This document shows, piece by piece, positions 36,350-45,838 of a stretch of 64,000 bases of DNA (positions within the stretch are counted from its first letter, which is position 1; every line of letters begins with the position of its first letter). The stretch is from positions 576,001 to 640,000 of the forward strand of contig CBFGTS010000001.1 of assembly GCA_965652295.1 (NCBI GenBank). Direction: 5' to 3'. This DNA is from an uncultured Haloferula sp. (GTDB taxonomy: Bacteria; Verrucomicrobiota; Verrucomicrobiia; Verrucomicrobiales; Akkermansiaceae). The notes under the pieces were generated by a model. That model worked only from the letters and a program-made list of their open reading frames with translations, ran no database searches and had not been told where the DNA came from. A program made the translations under genes and the position numbers.

Positions 36350-39300
36350 TTATGGGATTGGATCGGCGGAAGCCTGAAGAAAGCCCCGGTCCGGGAGGCC
36401 TTCGGAAGCAGCCAGACGGAAGGTGTGAAGCTGGTATTCCGGATCTGCCGAAGGGATTCCGCCCACATGGATGACTTCGCTTTCAAAGGTGACGAGATCG
36501 AATGAGCCACGAATACGGTAGAAGATGCCGTCCACGACCGAGGTCTGGGTTCCATGGGTGTCGGCGGAAAAATGAGCGCCGTTGCGCACGGGGACGGTCA
36601 GGGTGAGGTCGCCCTGACCGGACGAATCGGTGTCCTGGGTGGACACGGTGATGCGACCGCCGTCCGAGCCATCCACAGGGTCGCCGTTGAAGGCGTATTC
36701 GCCGAAATTGTCCAAACCGTCGCCATCGTTGTCGTGGGCCGCATCATCGAGATGAGGATCGAGACCGTGGGACATTTCCCAGACATCCGGCATGCCATCG
36801 CCATCGGTGTCGGCTTCAGCGAAAGCTCGCAAGACGTAGGCATTAATGGCGACGGGGTAGTTCGATCCCCCCGTGGTGTTCTGGATGTGGATATCCTGAT
36901 AACCCGAGGAGTTCGCGTGGAAGGTGCCGAGAATCTGGGTGCTGCTCTGCGCCAGCACCGGAGAACTCAGGTTTCCATCGCCATCGTGGTAGAGCTGCCC
37001 GCGACCGGCGCTTGCGGCACGGTCATCGGAGTAGAAAATCTGGATCTGATAGCGCTGGCCTTGGATCAGCGGCGCACCGTCGACTCCGGTGACCCGGAGG
37101 ATCATGTCGGTGGCTCCGGGAGCCGGGCCGGGGTCGGTGTTCTCCCAAGCGGAGCCATCGAGCACTGACTCGAAAGGGGGCGAAACCGTGGTGCCGTTGG
37201 CGTTGAAAAGCGCGGGCTCCGTCTGACGCCCACCTGCGCCGGCGATAACCCGCGCCTCTTCGCCCGCCAAGAGGTTGCCGGCCGCGTTCTGGGCCGGACG
37301 GTTCTCGAACTCGATGCTTTCTCCCCCCGCCATGACGACGATCGATCCGCCGCCGTTGCGGAAGTTTCCTGCGTGGACCAGGGTTCCGCCAAGATCGATG
37401 TCGGCATCCGAAGTCACGGTGCCGGGCGAGTTCCAGATGCCGGTGGCTGGCGGTGCGTCAGGAGTGACCGTCACGTTGCTGAAGACCGCGTGGTTGAGGG
37501 TGCCGCTGTTGACGCTGCAGACCGCCAGGCCGACATGCACGTCCTCGGTCATCGGGATCGTAATGGTGCCGAGGTTCTCCCAAACGACCCCGTCCACGGA
37601 TTGTCGGGCGGTGATGGTTGAGCCCGTGCGGCCCAGTTTCAGCCAATAGGGTGCGTCAATGCCTGTGATGTTGGAGCTTCCCGAAGCTGCTCCACCCGTG
37701 GAGGCGCGCATTTGCAGTGCTGTCCCGTTGTCAGGAGAGAGGTAGGCGATGGCGTACTTCGAGTTGGTGTCGAGAGACTCCCGGATCATCACGCCGGCCT
37801 TCGCCCAAGGGGCGGTGTCCTGCATGCTCTCGACCCGGGCGATGATGGTTCCGTCACCCGAAAGCTGTTGGTGAACGAACTGGAACTGATCGCTGGTGGA
37901 CCAGATATCGGCACCGGAGCCTTTCACCACATGGTAGCTGGCGGATTCTGTGTGGGACCCGCTGGCTCCGACCGACCCGATGTCCAGGGAATGCCAGGTG
38001 GTGGGGGTGGAGCGCAACCCGACGGCATAATCCGAGTTCAACGAGGCTGCTCCCTCCCTTGATGCGGAAACGACATAGTAGTAAGGGGTGTCCGCTGTGG
38101 CGGTATCGTCGACATAGGTCGTCTCCGTCAGGCCGGTGGCGATTTCCCCGTAAGGTCCGGTGCTCGTGACCGCGCGTTTGACTGTGAAAGTAACGTCGTT
38201 CTGCGGCGCGTACCAATTCAGGCTGATCGAGTCCGGCGAGTCCGTGGTGTGGAGGGCCTCCGGGGCTTCGGGGGCGATGATGGAAGCGGGGCCGATTTTG
38301 AAACAGACAGCGGTTTGGAACGGCATTGAGTCCGGACAGGTGATGCTGAGTTCGGTGGCTGTCTGTTTCCAGATCAAGGGCTCGGTGCTGCCGAGCAGCT
38401 CCACCGAGGTGATCGGGGCGGCGAGTTTGCCATCCGCGGTGCCAAGTGCCGGGAGTTGCACGACGGTGCCGGCGGAGGGCACGGTCATGCAGTAGGCATA
38501 GAGGCAGCCGTCGGCTCCGACGGTGTAGCGGAAATCCGCATGGGTAAACGCGTAGTTCGCCTGGTTCCCTCCAAGTTTCCCGTGGGGCAGGGTGCGGCTG
38601 CCCTCGGCATGCTGGCTCCATGCGCGGCTGCCGTAAATTCCGGCTCCATTGATGTCCATCCATTGGCCGATGGACTGGAGCATGGAAGTGCTGCCGGCGT
38701 CGAGGCTGCCGTCGGCCGTGGGGGAAATGCAGATCGCGGCCGCGCCGTCGCGGGAAACGCACTCCAGAAGGTAACGGATCACCATGCCGGGGTCGTAGTT
38801 GAAGCCGGGCGCGTAGAACCAGTCACCGACGGGCACTTCGCCGATCCAGGGCTGGTCGCGTTTGATGCCGGACGGGAAGTTGTTTTCGAAGGTGGTGGTG
38901 AGGCGGTCACCGGAATGGAATTTCACCACGGCGTGGGTTTCCACGGAGCCACGACGCTCGACGGAGCGGTTGGCCAGGTGGGCGAGGACGCGCTGCATGG
39001 CATCGCTCTTGTAGCCGGTGCCGGTGCCGCCGCCGCTGAAGGGCTGCGAGGAGGTGCCGTCGGTGTAAACGAAGTCGGGATCGTATTGCTCGATCGCATC
39101 GATCATGCGCAGAGCCCACCAGGTGTTGTACCAATGGGCGTAGTCGAGGTGGTTGCTGAAGAGTCCGGCGGGCGGCGGGCTCCACGGACTCGCGGCGGCA
39201 GCGCTCACGCCCTGGTATTCGCGCAGATCGATGCCGTAGAGCAGGCGGGGATCGAGGCCTTCCCACCATTCGCCCACGCCATCCGCCAACGTGAGGTGTC

Positions 39301-40015
39301 CGTCGTAAGGGACGCCGGGCATGATGCCGTCAGGGGCGTCGGCATTGAAAGCGGTCTGCCACCACCACCACGAGTATTCATGATGGAAGGTGATGCCGAA
39401 GGCCATGTCGGCATTTTTGGCCGCGGTGGTGAGTTCGCCGAGGATGTCACGGCGCGGGCCGAGTTGGGTGGAGTTCCAGGGCTGATAGCGGGAGTTCCAG
39501 AGGTCGAACTGGTCGTGATGCACGCCCTGGATGAGGAGAAAGCGCGCGCCGGCCTGTTGATAGAGCGAGACCAGTCCGGCCGGATTGAGTCCGGTGGGGT
39601 TCCAGTCACGCAGGACTTCCTTGTAACCGATCTCGGATGGGTGGCCGTAGTTGGCGAGGTGGTTGTTGTAAGCGGTGTGGCCAGGTTTGTAGAGATGACG
39701 CGCATACCAGTCGCCACTCTCGCCTGCGGCCTGCGGGCCGAAATGCACCCAAATGCCGAACTTGGCCGCACGCAATTGGGCGGAGTCCACCGGCAGATGA
39801 GAGGCGATCGAGGGCCAGGTGGGCTCGACGGGACCCGAGGCGATGGGGAAATCCATCTTCACTTCGGGAAAGGCGTTGATATCCCCCAGCGGCACGGAAT
39901 TCACCGGTTGCGGTTCGGGGATGGCGGGAAAATCGGGCAGGGGCGGGAGTTCGTAAGCGGAACCCACGGACAAGAGGCCGGTGAGGATGGTGAGATGGAA
40001 ACCTGGTGAGATCAT
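36350..40015 (-). CDS. Secreted GH29 alpha-L-fucosidase + FN3 + ConA-like module + domain Z + DxDGDG + C-terminal putative sorting domain
   Basis: KFGIWVHFG, WYARHLY, HHDQFDLWNS, GP.RDILGE, YTDG; WAKAGVMIRE module; domain Z VHAGNFR...INAYVLR. Confidence 0.9.
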   Translation of the reverse strand: MISPGFHLTILTGLLSVGSAYELPPLPDFPAIPEPQPVNSVPLGDINAFPEVKMDFPIASGPVEPTWPSIASHLPVDSAQLRAAKFGIWVHFGPQAAGESGDWYARHLYKPGHTAYNNHLANYGHPSEIGYKEVLRDWNPTGLNPAGLVSLYQQAGARFLLIQGVHHDQFDLWNSRYQPWNSTQLGPRRDILGELTTAAKNADMAFGITFHHEYSWWWWQTAFNADAPDGIMPGVPYDGHLTLADGVGEWWEGLDPRLLYGIDLREYQGVSAAAASPWSPPPAGLFSNHLDYAHWYNTWWALRMIDAIEQYDPDFVYTDGTSSQPFSGGGTGTGYKSDAMQRVLAHLANRSVERRGSVETHAVVKFHSGDRLTTTFENNFPSGIKRDQPWIGEVPVGDWFYAPGFNYDPGMVIRYLLECVSRDGAAAICISPTADGSLDAGSTSMLQSIGQWMDINGAGIYGSRAWSQHAEGSRTLPHGKLGGNQANYAFTHADFRYTVGADGCLYAYCMTVPSAGTVVQLPALGTADGKLAAPITSVELLGSTEPLIWKQTATELSITCPDSMPFQTAVCFKIGPASIIAPEAPEALHTTDSPDSISLNWYAPQNDVTFTVKRAVTSTGPYGEIATGLTETTYVDDTATADTPYYYVVSASREGAASLNSDYAVGLRSTPTTWHSLDIGSVGASGSHTESASYHVVKGSGADIWSTSDQFQFVHQQLSGDGTIIARVESMQDTAPWAKAGVMIRESLDTNSKYAIAYLSPDNGTALQMRASTGGAASGSSNITGIDAPYWLKLGRTGSTITARQSVDGVVWENLGTITIPMTEDVHVGLAVCSVNSGTLNHAVFSNVTVTPDAPPATGIWNSPGTVTSDADIDLGGTLVHAGNFRNGGGSIVVMAGGESIEFENRPAQNAAGNLLAGEEARVIAGAGGRQTEPALFNANGTTVSPPFESVLDGSAWENTDPGPAPGATDMILRVTGVDGAPLIQGQRYQIQIFYSDDRAASAGRGQLYHDGDGNLSSPVLAQSSTQILGTFHANSSGYQDIHIQNTTGGSNYPVAINAYVLRAFAEADTDGDGMPDVWEMSHGLDPHLDDAAHDNDGDGLDNFGEYAFNGDPVDGSDGGRITVSTQDTDSSGQGDLTLTVPVRNGAHFSADTHGTQTSVVDGIFYRIRGSFDLVTFESEVIHVGGIPSADPEYQLHTFRLAASEGLPDRGFLQASADPIP

Positions 40016-40028
40016 GGGAGAGATGAAT

Positions 40029-40068
40029 CTGCCGCAGCACGGGGGCGATGGCCCACGAGCTGCGGCAG
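40029..40068 (-). terminator. Stem-loop after the PEP-CTERM gene
   Basis: CTGCCGCAGC/GCTGCGGCAG 10-bp outer stem plus inner GGGC/GCCC; no U-tract. Confidence 0.5.
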
Positions 40069-40143
40069 GGCGGCACCCTCTTTTTCCTGACCACAAAACC
40101 CCTTAAGTGGCGCGATGAAGAGGATGCGAAACTGTGGGATTTC

Positions 40144-40911
40144 TTAGCGGCGACGGCGCAGCCCGAGAAGCAGCAGTCCCCCCGCGGCCAAGGCGGATGT
40201 GGTCGGCTCCGGCACCGAGTAGAGGGTGAAGCCGGCGAGGTGAGTGTCGGCATTGCCAACAATGTCGGTTGCCTGGACGAAAATGTCCTGGAAACCGGCG
40301 TCGGCCGTGAAGGTGAACATGGACATCGTGGCCGAGGTCTGGGAGAACGATCCGGATGTGCCGCCACTAAAGGTGCCGGCGCTGAAGGTGTCCCAGTAGG
40401 CTTGATCGCGATCGGCTTGGCGGGCATCGGCGGAGAACAGCGAGATCACATAGTCCTGGCCGATGGTAAGCCCCGCGACGCGCAAGCCCAGGGGCTGGAC
40501 GGCATCGCTGCCGTCGTTGTGCCATGCGTTGGTGCGCAGGACCGTGTCGAACTGCGTGTCACCGGTGGTGCCGGGGAACAGGGCGTTGTTCGGACCCTGG
40601 CCGACGCCATTGTAGATGGTGGTCGATGACGAGGGGGCTGCCGGCATGTTTTCGTCGTTGTCCGTCGCGCCGAGGGCGAAGGTGATCGCTTGGCCGCCCG
40701 GGGTGTTCACCGTCTGGGCGCTGCCACCGAACGTCGCGGCTTGTTCGAACGTGGCTCCTGGGAAGAGAACCAGCGGCTGGTCCAGAACGGCGTCCGAGGT
40801 GATGGTTGTGTTCGAGATGTGGCTAATGGTGGCTGCGTTGATGCCGACGGTGCAGGCGGCAAGAGCACAGATCGTGTTCCTAACAGTTGATGTATTCATT
40901 GGTGTTTTCAT
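40144..40911 (-). CDS. PEP-CTERM surface protein carrying a divergent domain-Z homolog (alternative start 40899)
   Basis: Signal peptide; C-terminal VPEPTTSALAAGGLLLLGLRRRR; GQDYVISLFSADAR and FTADAGFQDIFVQ resemble domain Z. Confidence 0.9.
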   Translation of the reverse strand: MKTPMNTSTVRNTICALAACTVGINAATISHISNTTITSDAVLDQPLVLFPGATFEQAATFGGSAQTVNTPGGQAITFALGATDNDENMPAAPSSSTTIYNGVGQGPNNALFPGTTGDTQFDTVLRTNAWHNDGSDAVQPLGLRVAGLTIGQDYVISLFSADARQADRDQAYWDTFSAGTFSGGTSGSFSQTSATMSMFTFTADAGFQDIFVQATDIVGNADTHLAGFTLYSVPEPTTSALAAGGLLLLGLRRRR

Positions 40912-40951
40912 TGGGGGTTGGGAGAGCAGGTGGAGCGGATGAGGGAGTGTT

Positions 40952-43309
40952 TCATGGGGCCGGGACCGCGTCCGCTTGGAGGAAGCCGCGATCAGGAAGG
41001 CCTTCGGAGGCGGTGAGGCGGAAGGTGTGCAGTTCGTAGTCCGGGTTGGTGGAGGCTGTAGAGCCGACGTGAGCGACGGCGCTGGTAAAGGCATCAAGAT
41101 CCAGCGAGCCGCGGACGGTGTAGGTGACTCCGTCGATCGTGGCGATCTGGGTGCCATTCGCACCGGGGCCAAAGGTGGCACCATTGCGGACCGCGATGGT
41201 CATCGTGAGTTCGTCCTCGCCGCTGGTATCGGTATCTTGAAGCGATACGCCGCTGATTCCTTTGTCCGCAGCATTCTGCGGGTCGCCGCCGAAGGCGAAC
41301 TCGCCGAAGTTGTTGAGACCGTCGCCATCGTCATCGTCCGAGGCGTCGTTGACATTCGGGTCGAGGCCGTTGGCGTTTTCCCAGTCGTCGGGGAGTCCGT
41401 CGCCGTCCGTGTCGCCAGCCGGCAGGGTGCGCAGAACATAGGCATTGAGGGCGACGGGGAAGTCGGTCTCACCGGTGGTGTTCTGGATGAAGATGTCCAT
41501 GTAGCCGGCGGAGGTGGCGGTGAAGGTCCCGATCACGTATGAGCTCGCAGGGGTGAACGTGGGGTCGGAGGCATTTCCGAGACCGTCATGGAAAAGCTGC
41601 CCGCGGCCTGCGCTGGCGGCGCGGTCGTCGGAGTGGAAAAGCTGGATGCGGTACTGCGTACCCTCGACGAGGGGCGTGCCACCTGCGCCGGTGACGCGGA
41701 GCACCATATCCGTCGCGCCCGGGGCGGGACCCGCATCGGGCGAGTCCTCCCAGGCGAAGCCATCCAGGACGGAATCGAATTCCACGGAAACCGAAGTGCC
41801 CGAGGCGTCGAAGACCGGGGCGCTTGAGTGGCGACCGTTGGAATTCGCGATCACCCGTGCTTCCTCGCCTTCGAGGAGGTCGCCTGCGGCTTTCTGGGAT
41901 TGTCGGTTGGCGAACAGGATCGACTGCGCTCCCACGGTGACGGTGACGTTCTGATTGTCGGCGCGGAAATTGCCCGCGTGGACCAACGTGCCGGAGGTCA
42001 GGATGTCGGTGTCGGCAGTGACGGCGGCGGGCGTTCCCCAAGTCACCGGAGCGATGCCGGGGTTAGGGTCCGCGGGATCGGTGGGATCGCTATCCGCGAG
42101 CCATTCTTCGAGGTCGCTCACGGTGTCGTCGTCAAAGTCCCCGGTGCCGTCGCGCGAGGTGTCGAAGAAATAGAATTCCTCCCAATAGTCCCCCATGCCG
42201 TCGCCCGTTCCGTCTTCGGCATCCAGTGAACTCAGACGGTCGGTGGGATCGGTCCCGTCCGCCAATTCGTCGTCATTGAAGCCGAAGTCGCCATCGGAGT
42301 CGTCGAATGGATTCGCGGAGAGGTCGCCGAAGTAGGTTTGTTCCCACGAGTCGGGAAGCTCATCTCCATCAATGTCGCCGGGAACCGAGAAAGGGTCCTG
42401 GGGATCGGAACCCGCTTGGTATTCCTCAAGGTTGGTGGCCTCATCGTTGTCCGGATCGCCGGCACTGCCGTTCGGACCGTCTTTGGCTCCGGGTGAGGAT
42501 TCGCCGGTGGTGCCATCGTCCTCCGGGTCGAGGCCGTTGGCCACTTCCCAGATGTCCGGCAGGCCATCATTGTCGAGGTCGTTGGGATTGATCGCGCGCA
42601 GCACGTAGGCGTTGATGCCTACCGGAAAGTTCGTTTCCCCCGTGGTGTTCTGGATGTGGACGTCCTGATAGCCGGTGGCGTCTGCGGTGAACGTTCCGAT
42701 GGTCTGGGTGCTGTCGCTTGCCAGGAGCGAATCACTGCTGTTTCCCGCGCCATCGTGGTAGAGCTGCCCCCGGGTCGAGCTGGTAGGGCGGTCGTCGGAA
42801 TAGAAGAGCTGGATCTGGTATTCCTGGCCTTCGACCAGCGTGCTCCCATTGGGGCCCGTCACCCGGAGGATCATGTCCGTGGCGCCAGGTGTCGGACCCG
42901 CGTCGACGTTTTCCCACGCGGAGCCGTCGAGGACGGCCTCCAGGTTCGGGGAAACGGTGGTTTCCGTGGCGTTGAAAAGGCCGGCATTCACCTGACGCCC
43001 TCCTGAGCCTGCGATCACCCGGGCTTCCTCGCCTTCGAGGAGTTCGCCGGCGTCGTTCTGAGCCTGCCGGTTTTCAAAGAGGATGCTTTCGGAACCCACC
43101 GATACGGTGAATTCCTGATTGTCCGAGCGGAAGTTGCCGGCATGGACCAGCAGGCCGACCAGGTTGACGTCGGCATTGTCGGTGACGGTCGCCGGTGTCT
43201 GCCAAACGATGTCGGCTGCTGAAGCCACTGAACAGACGGCGGCGAGGACGAGCAGGTGGGGACGTGAGGACCGGGGTGCGCGAGGGAGCACCTGAGAGGG
43301 GTTTTTCAT
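40952..43309 (-). CDS. Secreted non-catalytic protein: two domain Z copies + DxDGDG repeats + C-terminal putative sorting domain (alternative start 43336)
   Basis: Two copies of W.TP..VT...VHAGNFR...NAYVLR; ends GSLDLDAF...RGFLQADAVPAP. Confidence 0.87.
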   Translation of the reverse strand: MKNPSQVLPRAPRSSRPHLLVLAAVCSVASAADIVWQTPATVTDNADVNLVGLLVHAGNFRSDNQEFTVSVGSESILFENRQAQNDAGELLEGEEARVIAGSGGRQVNAGLFNATETTVSPNLEAVLDGSAWENVDAGPTPGATDMILRVTGPNGSTLVEGQEYQIQLFYSDDRPTSSTRGQLYHDGAGNSSDSLLASDSTQTIGTFTADATGYQDVHIQNTTGETNFPVGINAYVLRAINPNDLDNDGLPDIWEVANGLDPEDDGTTGESSPGAKDGPNGSAGDPDNDEATNLEEYQAGSDPQDPFSVPGDIDGDELPDSWEQTYFGDLSANPFDDSDGDFGFNDDELADGTDPTDRLSSLDAEDGTGDGMGDYWEEFYFFDTSRDGTGDFDDDTVSDLEEWLADSDPTDPADPNPGIAPVTWGTPAAVTADTDILTSGTLVHAGNFRADNQNVTVTVGAQSILFANRQSQKAAGDLLEGEEARVIANSNGRHSSAPVFDASGTSVSVEFDSVLDGFAWEDSPDAGPAPGATDMVLRVTGAGGTPLVEGTQYRIQLFHSDDRAASAGRGQLFHDGLGNASDPTFTPASSYVIGTFTATSAGYMDIFIQNTTGETDFPVALNAYVLRTLPAGDTDGDGLPDDWENANGLDPNVNDASDDDDGDGLNNFGEFAFGGDPQNAADKGISGVSLQDTDTSGEDELTMTIAVRNGATFGPGANGTQIATIDGVTYTVRGSLDLDAFTSAVAHVGSTASTNPDYELHTFRLTASEGLPDRGFLQADAVPAP

Positions 43310-43340
43310 GAAAGCGTTCAGAGGGATGGATTTCATGAGG

Positions 43341-43371
43341 TAACGCGCTTTTGCAGGGTGCGAACCTGCCA
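43341..43371 (-). promoter_or_regulatory. Possible ECF promoter, module 3 (TGGCAGG-N19-CGTTA)
   Basis: Same position after the kinase gene, preceded by an A-tract; variant of the TG.C.GG...CGTT pattern; single copy only. Confidence 0.35.
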
Positions 43372-43591
43372 CCGTTACCGAATTTTTTTGGCTCGCGGTC
43401 AGATGTCCTGGTGGCTTTCGAGCAGGTGCCGGCCTCCATCCGTGACCTGGATGGCAAATGGGCCAGCCGCTGAGATGGGCGGTGAAATGCGTTCGCCGGG
43501 AGCCACCGGGGAAGGCCGCCGACAGGGACCGCTCCCCGGTGGACACGTTCCGCCGCTCCTCTTGCATGAGGAGCTGGGGGAGCGAATGCCG

Positions 43592-45838
43592 CTACCGCGG
43601 AGAGGAGAGATCTTCCGTCACTTCGGCTGCCGGGATGAGATCGGATGCCTCCTCGGTCAGGATGCGTGCGAAAAGCCAGTCATACCACCGACCGGCATTG
43701 CCCGCGTCTTCGGTGAGGGATGTGGAGAACTTGGCATCGACGGCGGTGCGGGCGGACTTCAGGTGAAGCGACGCGGTGGGAATGTCGTCCAGCCGGAGGT
43801 AGCACATCGCCAGGATGGCATCGTAGGTGGGACGGTGGGCCATGCTAGCGGTCGAGCCGCTCTTGGCGGTTTTGGCGATTTGGATCGCGCCGTGATTGTC
43901 GCCGGTCCGGTAGAGCCAGAGGCAGGGGGCGATGCCGGGCCATCCGGTGCTTTGGCCGGTCGGAATCGTCGTGAACCAGTGCCGTGACGAAACCGCGAGG
44001 GGTTCGAGGCTCTCTTCGAGCTGCGGCGTCAATGGACGCAGGAGGCAGGATTTCAGAAGCCGGCTGGCTTCATCGCCACCATGGTGCTCTTGATCCGAGC
44101 TACTCACCGCAAGGCAGAAGCGGTTGTACCTCTCGAAAGCCCCCATCTCGACCAACAGTACCCCGTAGGCCTGGCAGTTGAGCGTGACGGTCTGCCACGG
44201 GTCGAGAGTGTCGATCTCGAACAGCCACTCGAAACACTTTCCGGCCTCCTCCCAGCGTTGCTGGGCACCGAGCCATTGACCCACGTCGCGCAAAGCGGTG
44301 ACGGCGTCGAGACTTGGTTTGCGCGGCGGGGCGTCGATGCGGCCGAGCACGAGGGCCGCCGCTTCGAAGTCGTCTTGGCGGGTCAGGGCGACTGCTTCGG
44401 TGAGCTGTTCGCGGACTTCGGCGTCGCGGCGAAGCTTCGCTTCCTTGGTGAGCGCCCACTCGGCGGTCTGGCGCAGCTCGGCTTGGCGCAGCTCGGCCCT
44501 TTTCGCCTTGATGTAGAGCACGGTGGAGGTCCCGAAGCCGGCGGTCAGGACGATCAGGATCAGCGCCCCGGAGGCGAAGACGACGCGATTGCGCCGGATG
44601 AGCTTGCGGAGGACGTAGAGATGGCCGGGAGGGCGTGCGGCGATCGGCTCGTCTTGGAGAAACCGCTGAAGGTCGAGCGCTAGGCCGTTGGCCGTGTCGT
44701 AGCGGCGGGTCCGGTCTTTCTCCATCGCCCGCATGATGATCCAATCCAGCTCTCCTCCGATCTTCGTGGCGGTTTGCGCCGGGTCGGGGGAAGCGGAAAC
44801 TCCGCCATTGGGCAGCGAGGCTTTCCTTTTTTCAGCCAGGAGAACGGACGGTCGTTTGGGTTCGCGCCCAAGGAGCATCTGACGGATTTCAACGGCACCC
44901 CTGTTGGCACGGAATTCGGCGTCAAACGGCGGACTGCCGGTGACGAGTTCGTAGAGCAGGGCTCCGAGGCTGTAAATGTCGCTCCGCGTATCGATGTCCG
45001 CGTCACCGATGGCGGCTTGCTCCGGGCTCATGTAGGAGGGGGTGCCGAGAAGCTGTTCGTGCTGGGTGTGAAGGGTTTCGTCGGTGAGCCTGCCTTCAAT
45101 GGCTTTGGCGATCCCGAAGTCGATCACTTTGGGGACGGGGACGCCGTCCTGCTCGGCGATGAGCACGTTGGAGGGTTTGATGTCGCGGTGGATGATCCCT
45201 TTCTGGTGCGCGTGTTGGATGGCGCGGCATACTTGGATGACCAGCTCCACGCGTTGCCGCAGCGTGCAGCCATGTTGGTGGCAGTAGTCGGTGATCCGCA
45301 TGCCGCGGACGAGTTCCAGCACGAAATACGGCCGGCCGCGGGTGGTGGCTCCGGCGTCAAGGACACGGGCGATGTTGGGGTGGTCCATCATGGCCAGCGC
45401 CTGGCGCTCGGCGTCGAAACGACGGATCACGCTGCGGGTGTCCATGCCGAGCTTGATGACCTTGAGCGCGACGTGGCGCTTCACGGGCTCCGTTTGCTCA
45501 GCCAGGTAAACCTCGCCGCACCCTCCCTTGCCGAGGCTTTCCAAAAGGGTGTAGGGACCGATGCGGGTGCCGATCCGTTCATCCACGACTTCGAGGTCCT
45601 GGACGTCTCCCTCTCCCTGAAGTTCGCGAAGGGCTTCGCCGCTCTGGGCGATGGCGTCATAGCCACGGTCCACGAAATGGTCTCCAGTTTGCCCGGCGAG
45701 GAGCAGTTCCTCGATTGTATTGCGTAGCGCGGGATCATCCTGACAGGCGCGGTCGAGGAACTCCTCGCGTTCCCGCACATCGGAAATGTGAAGAGCGGCG
45801 AAGAAGAGCGCATCCTCAAGTTGTTTGCCGCGGCTCAT
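43592..45838 (-). CDS. Membrane Ser/Thr protein kinase (STK3) with periplasmic sensor
   Basis: GKGGCGEV, HRDIKPSN, DFG, YMSPEQ, TM helix; ATGA overlap with the sigma gene. Confidence 0.95.
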   Translation of the reverse strand: MSRGKQLEDALFFAALHISDVREREEFLDRACQDDPALRNTIEELLLAGQTGDHFVDRGYDAIAQSGEALRELQGEGDVQDLEVVDERIGTRIGPYTLLESLGKGGCGEVYLAEQTEPVKRHVALKVIKLGMDTRSVIRRFDAERQALAMMDHPNIARVLDAGATTRGRPYFVLELVRGMRITDYCHQHGCTLRQRVELVIQVCRAIQHAHQKGIIHRDIKPSNVLIAEQDGVPVPKVIDFGIAKAIEGRLTDETLHTQHEQLLGTPSYMSPEQAAIGDADIDTRSDIYSLGALLYELVTGSPPFDAEFRANRGAVEIRQMLLGREPKRPSVLLAEKRKASLPNGGVSASPDPAQTATKIGGELDWIIMRAMEKDRTRRYDTANGLALDLQRFLQDEPIAARPPGHLYVLRKLIRRNRVVFASGALILIVLTAGFGTSTVLYIKAKRAELRQAELRQTAEWALTKEAKLRRDAEVREQLTEAVALTRQDDFEAAALVLGRIDAPPRKPSLDAVTALRDVGQWLGAQQRWEEAGKCFEWLFEIDTLDPWQTVTLNCQAYGVLLVEMGAFERYNRFCLAVSSSDQEHHGGDEASRLLKSCLLRPLTPQLEESLEPLAVSSRHWFTTIPTGQSTGWPGIAPCLWLYRTGDNHGAIQIAKTAKSGSTASMAHRPTYDAILAMCYLRLDDIPTASLHLKSARTAVDAKFSTSLTEDAGNAGRWYDWLFARILTEEASDLIPAAEVTEDLSSPR

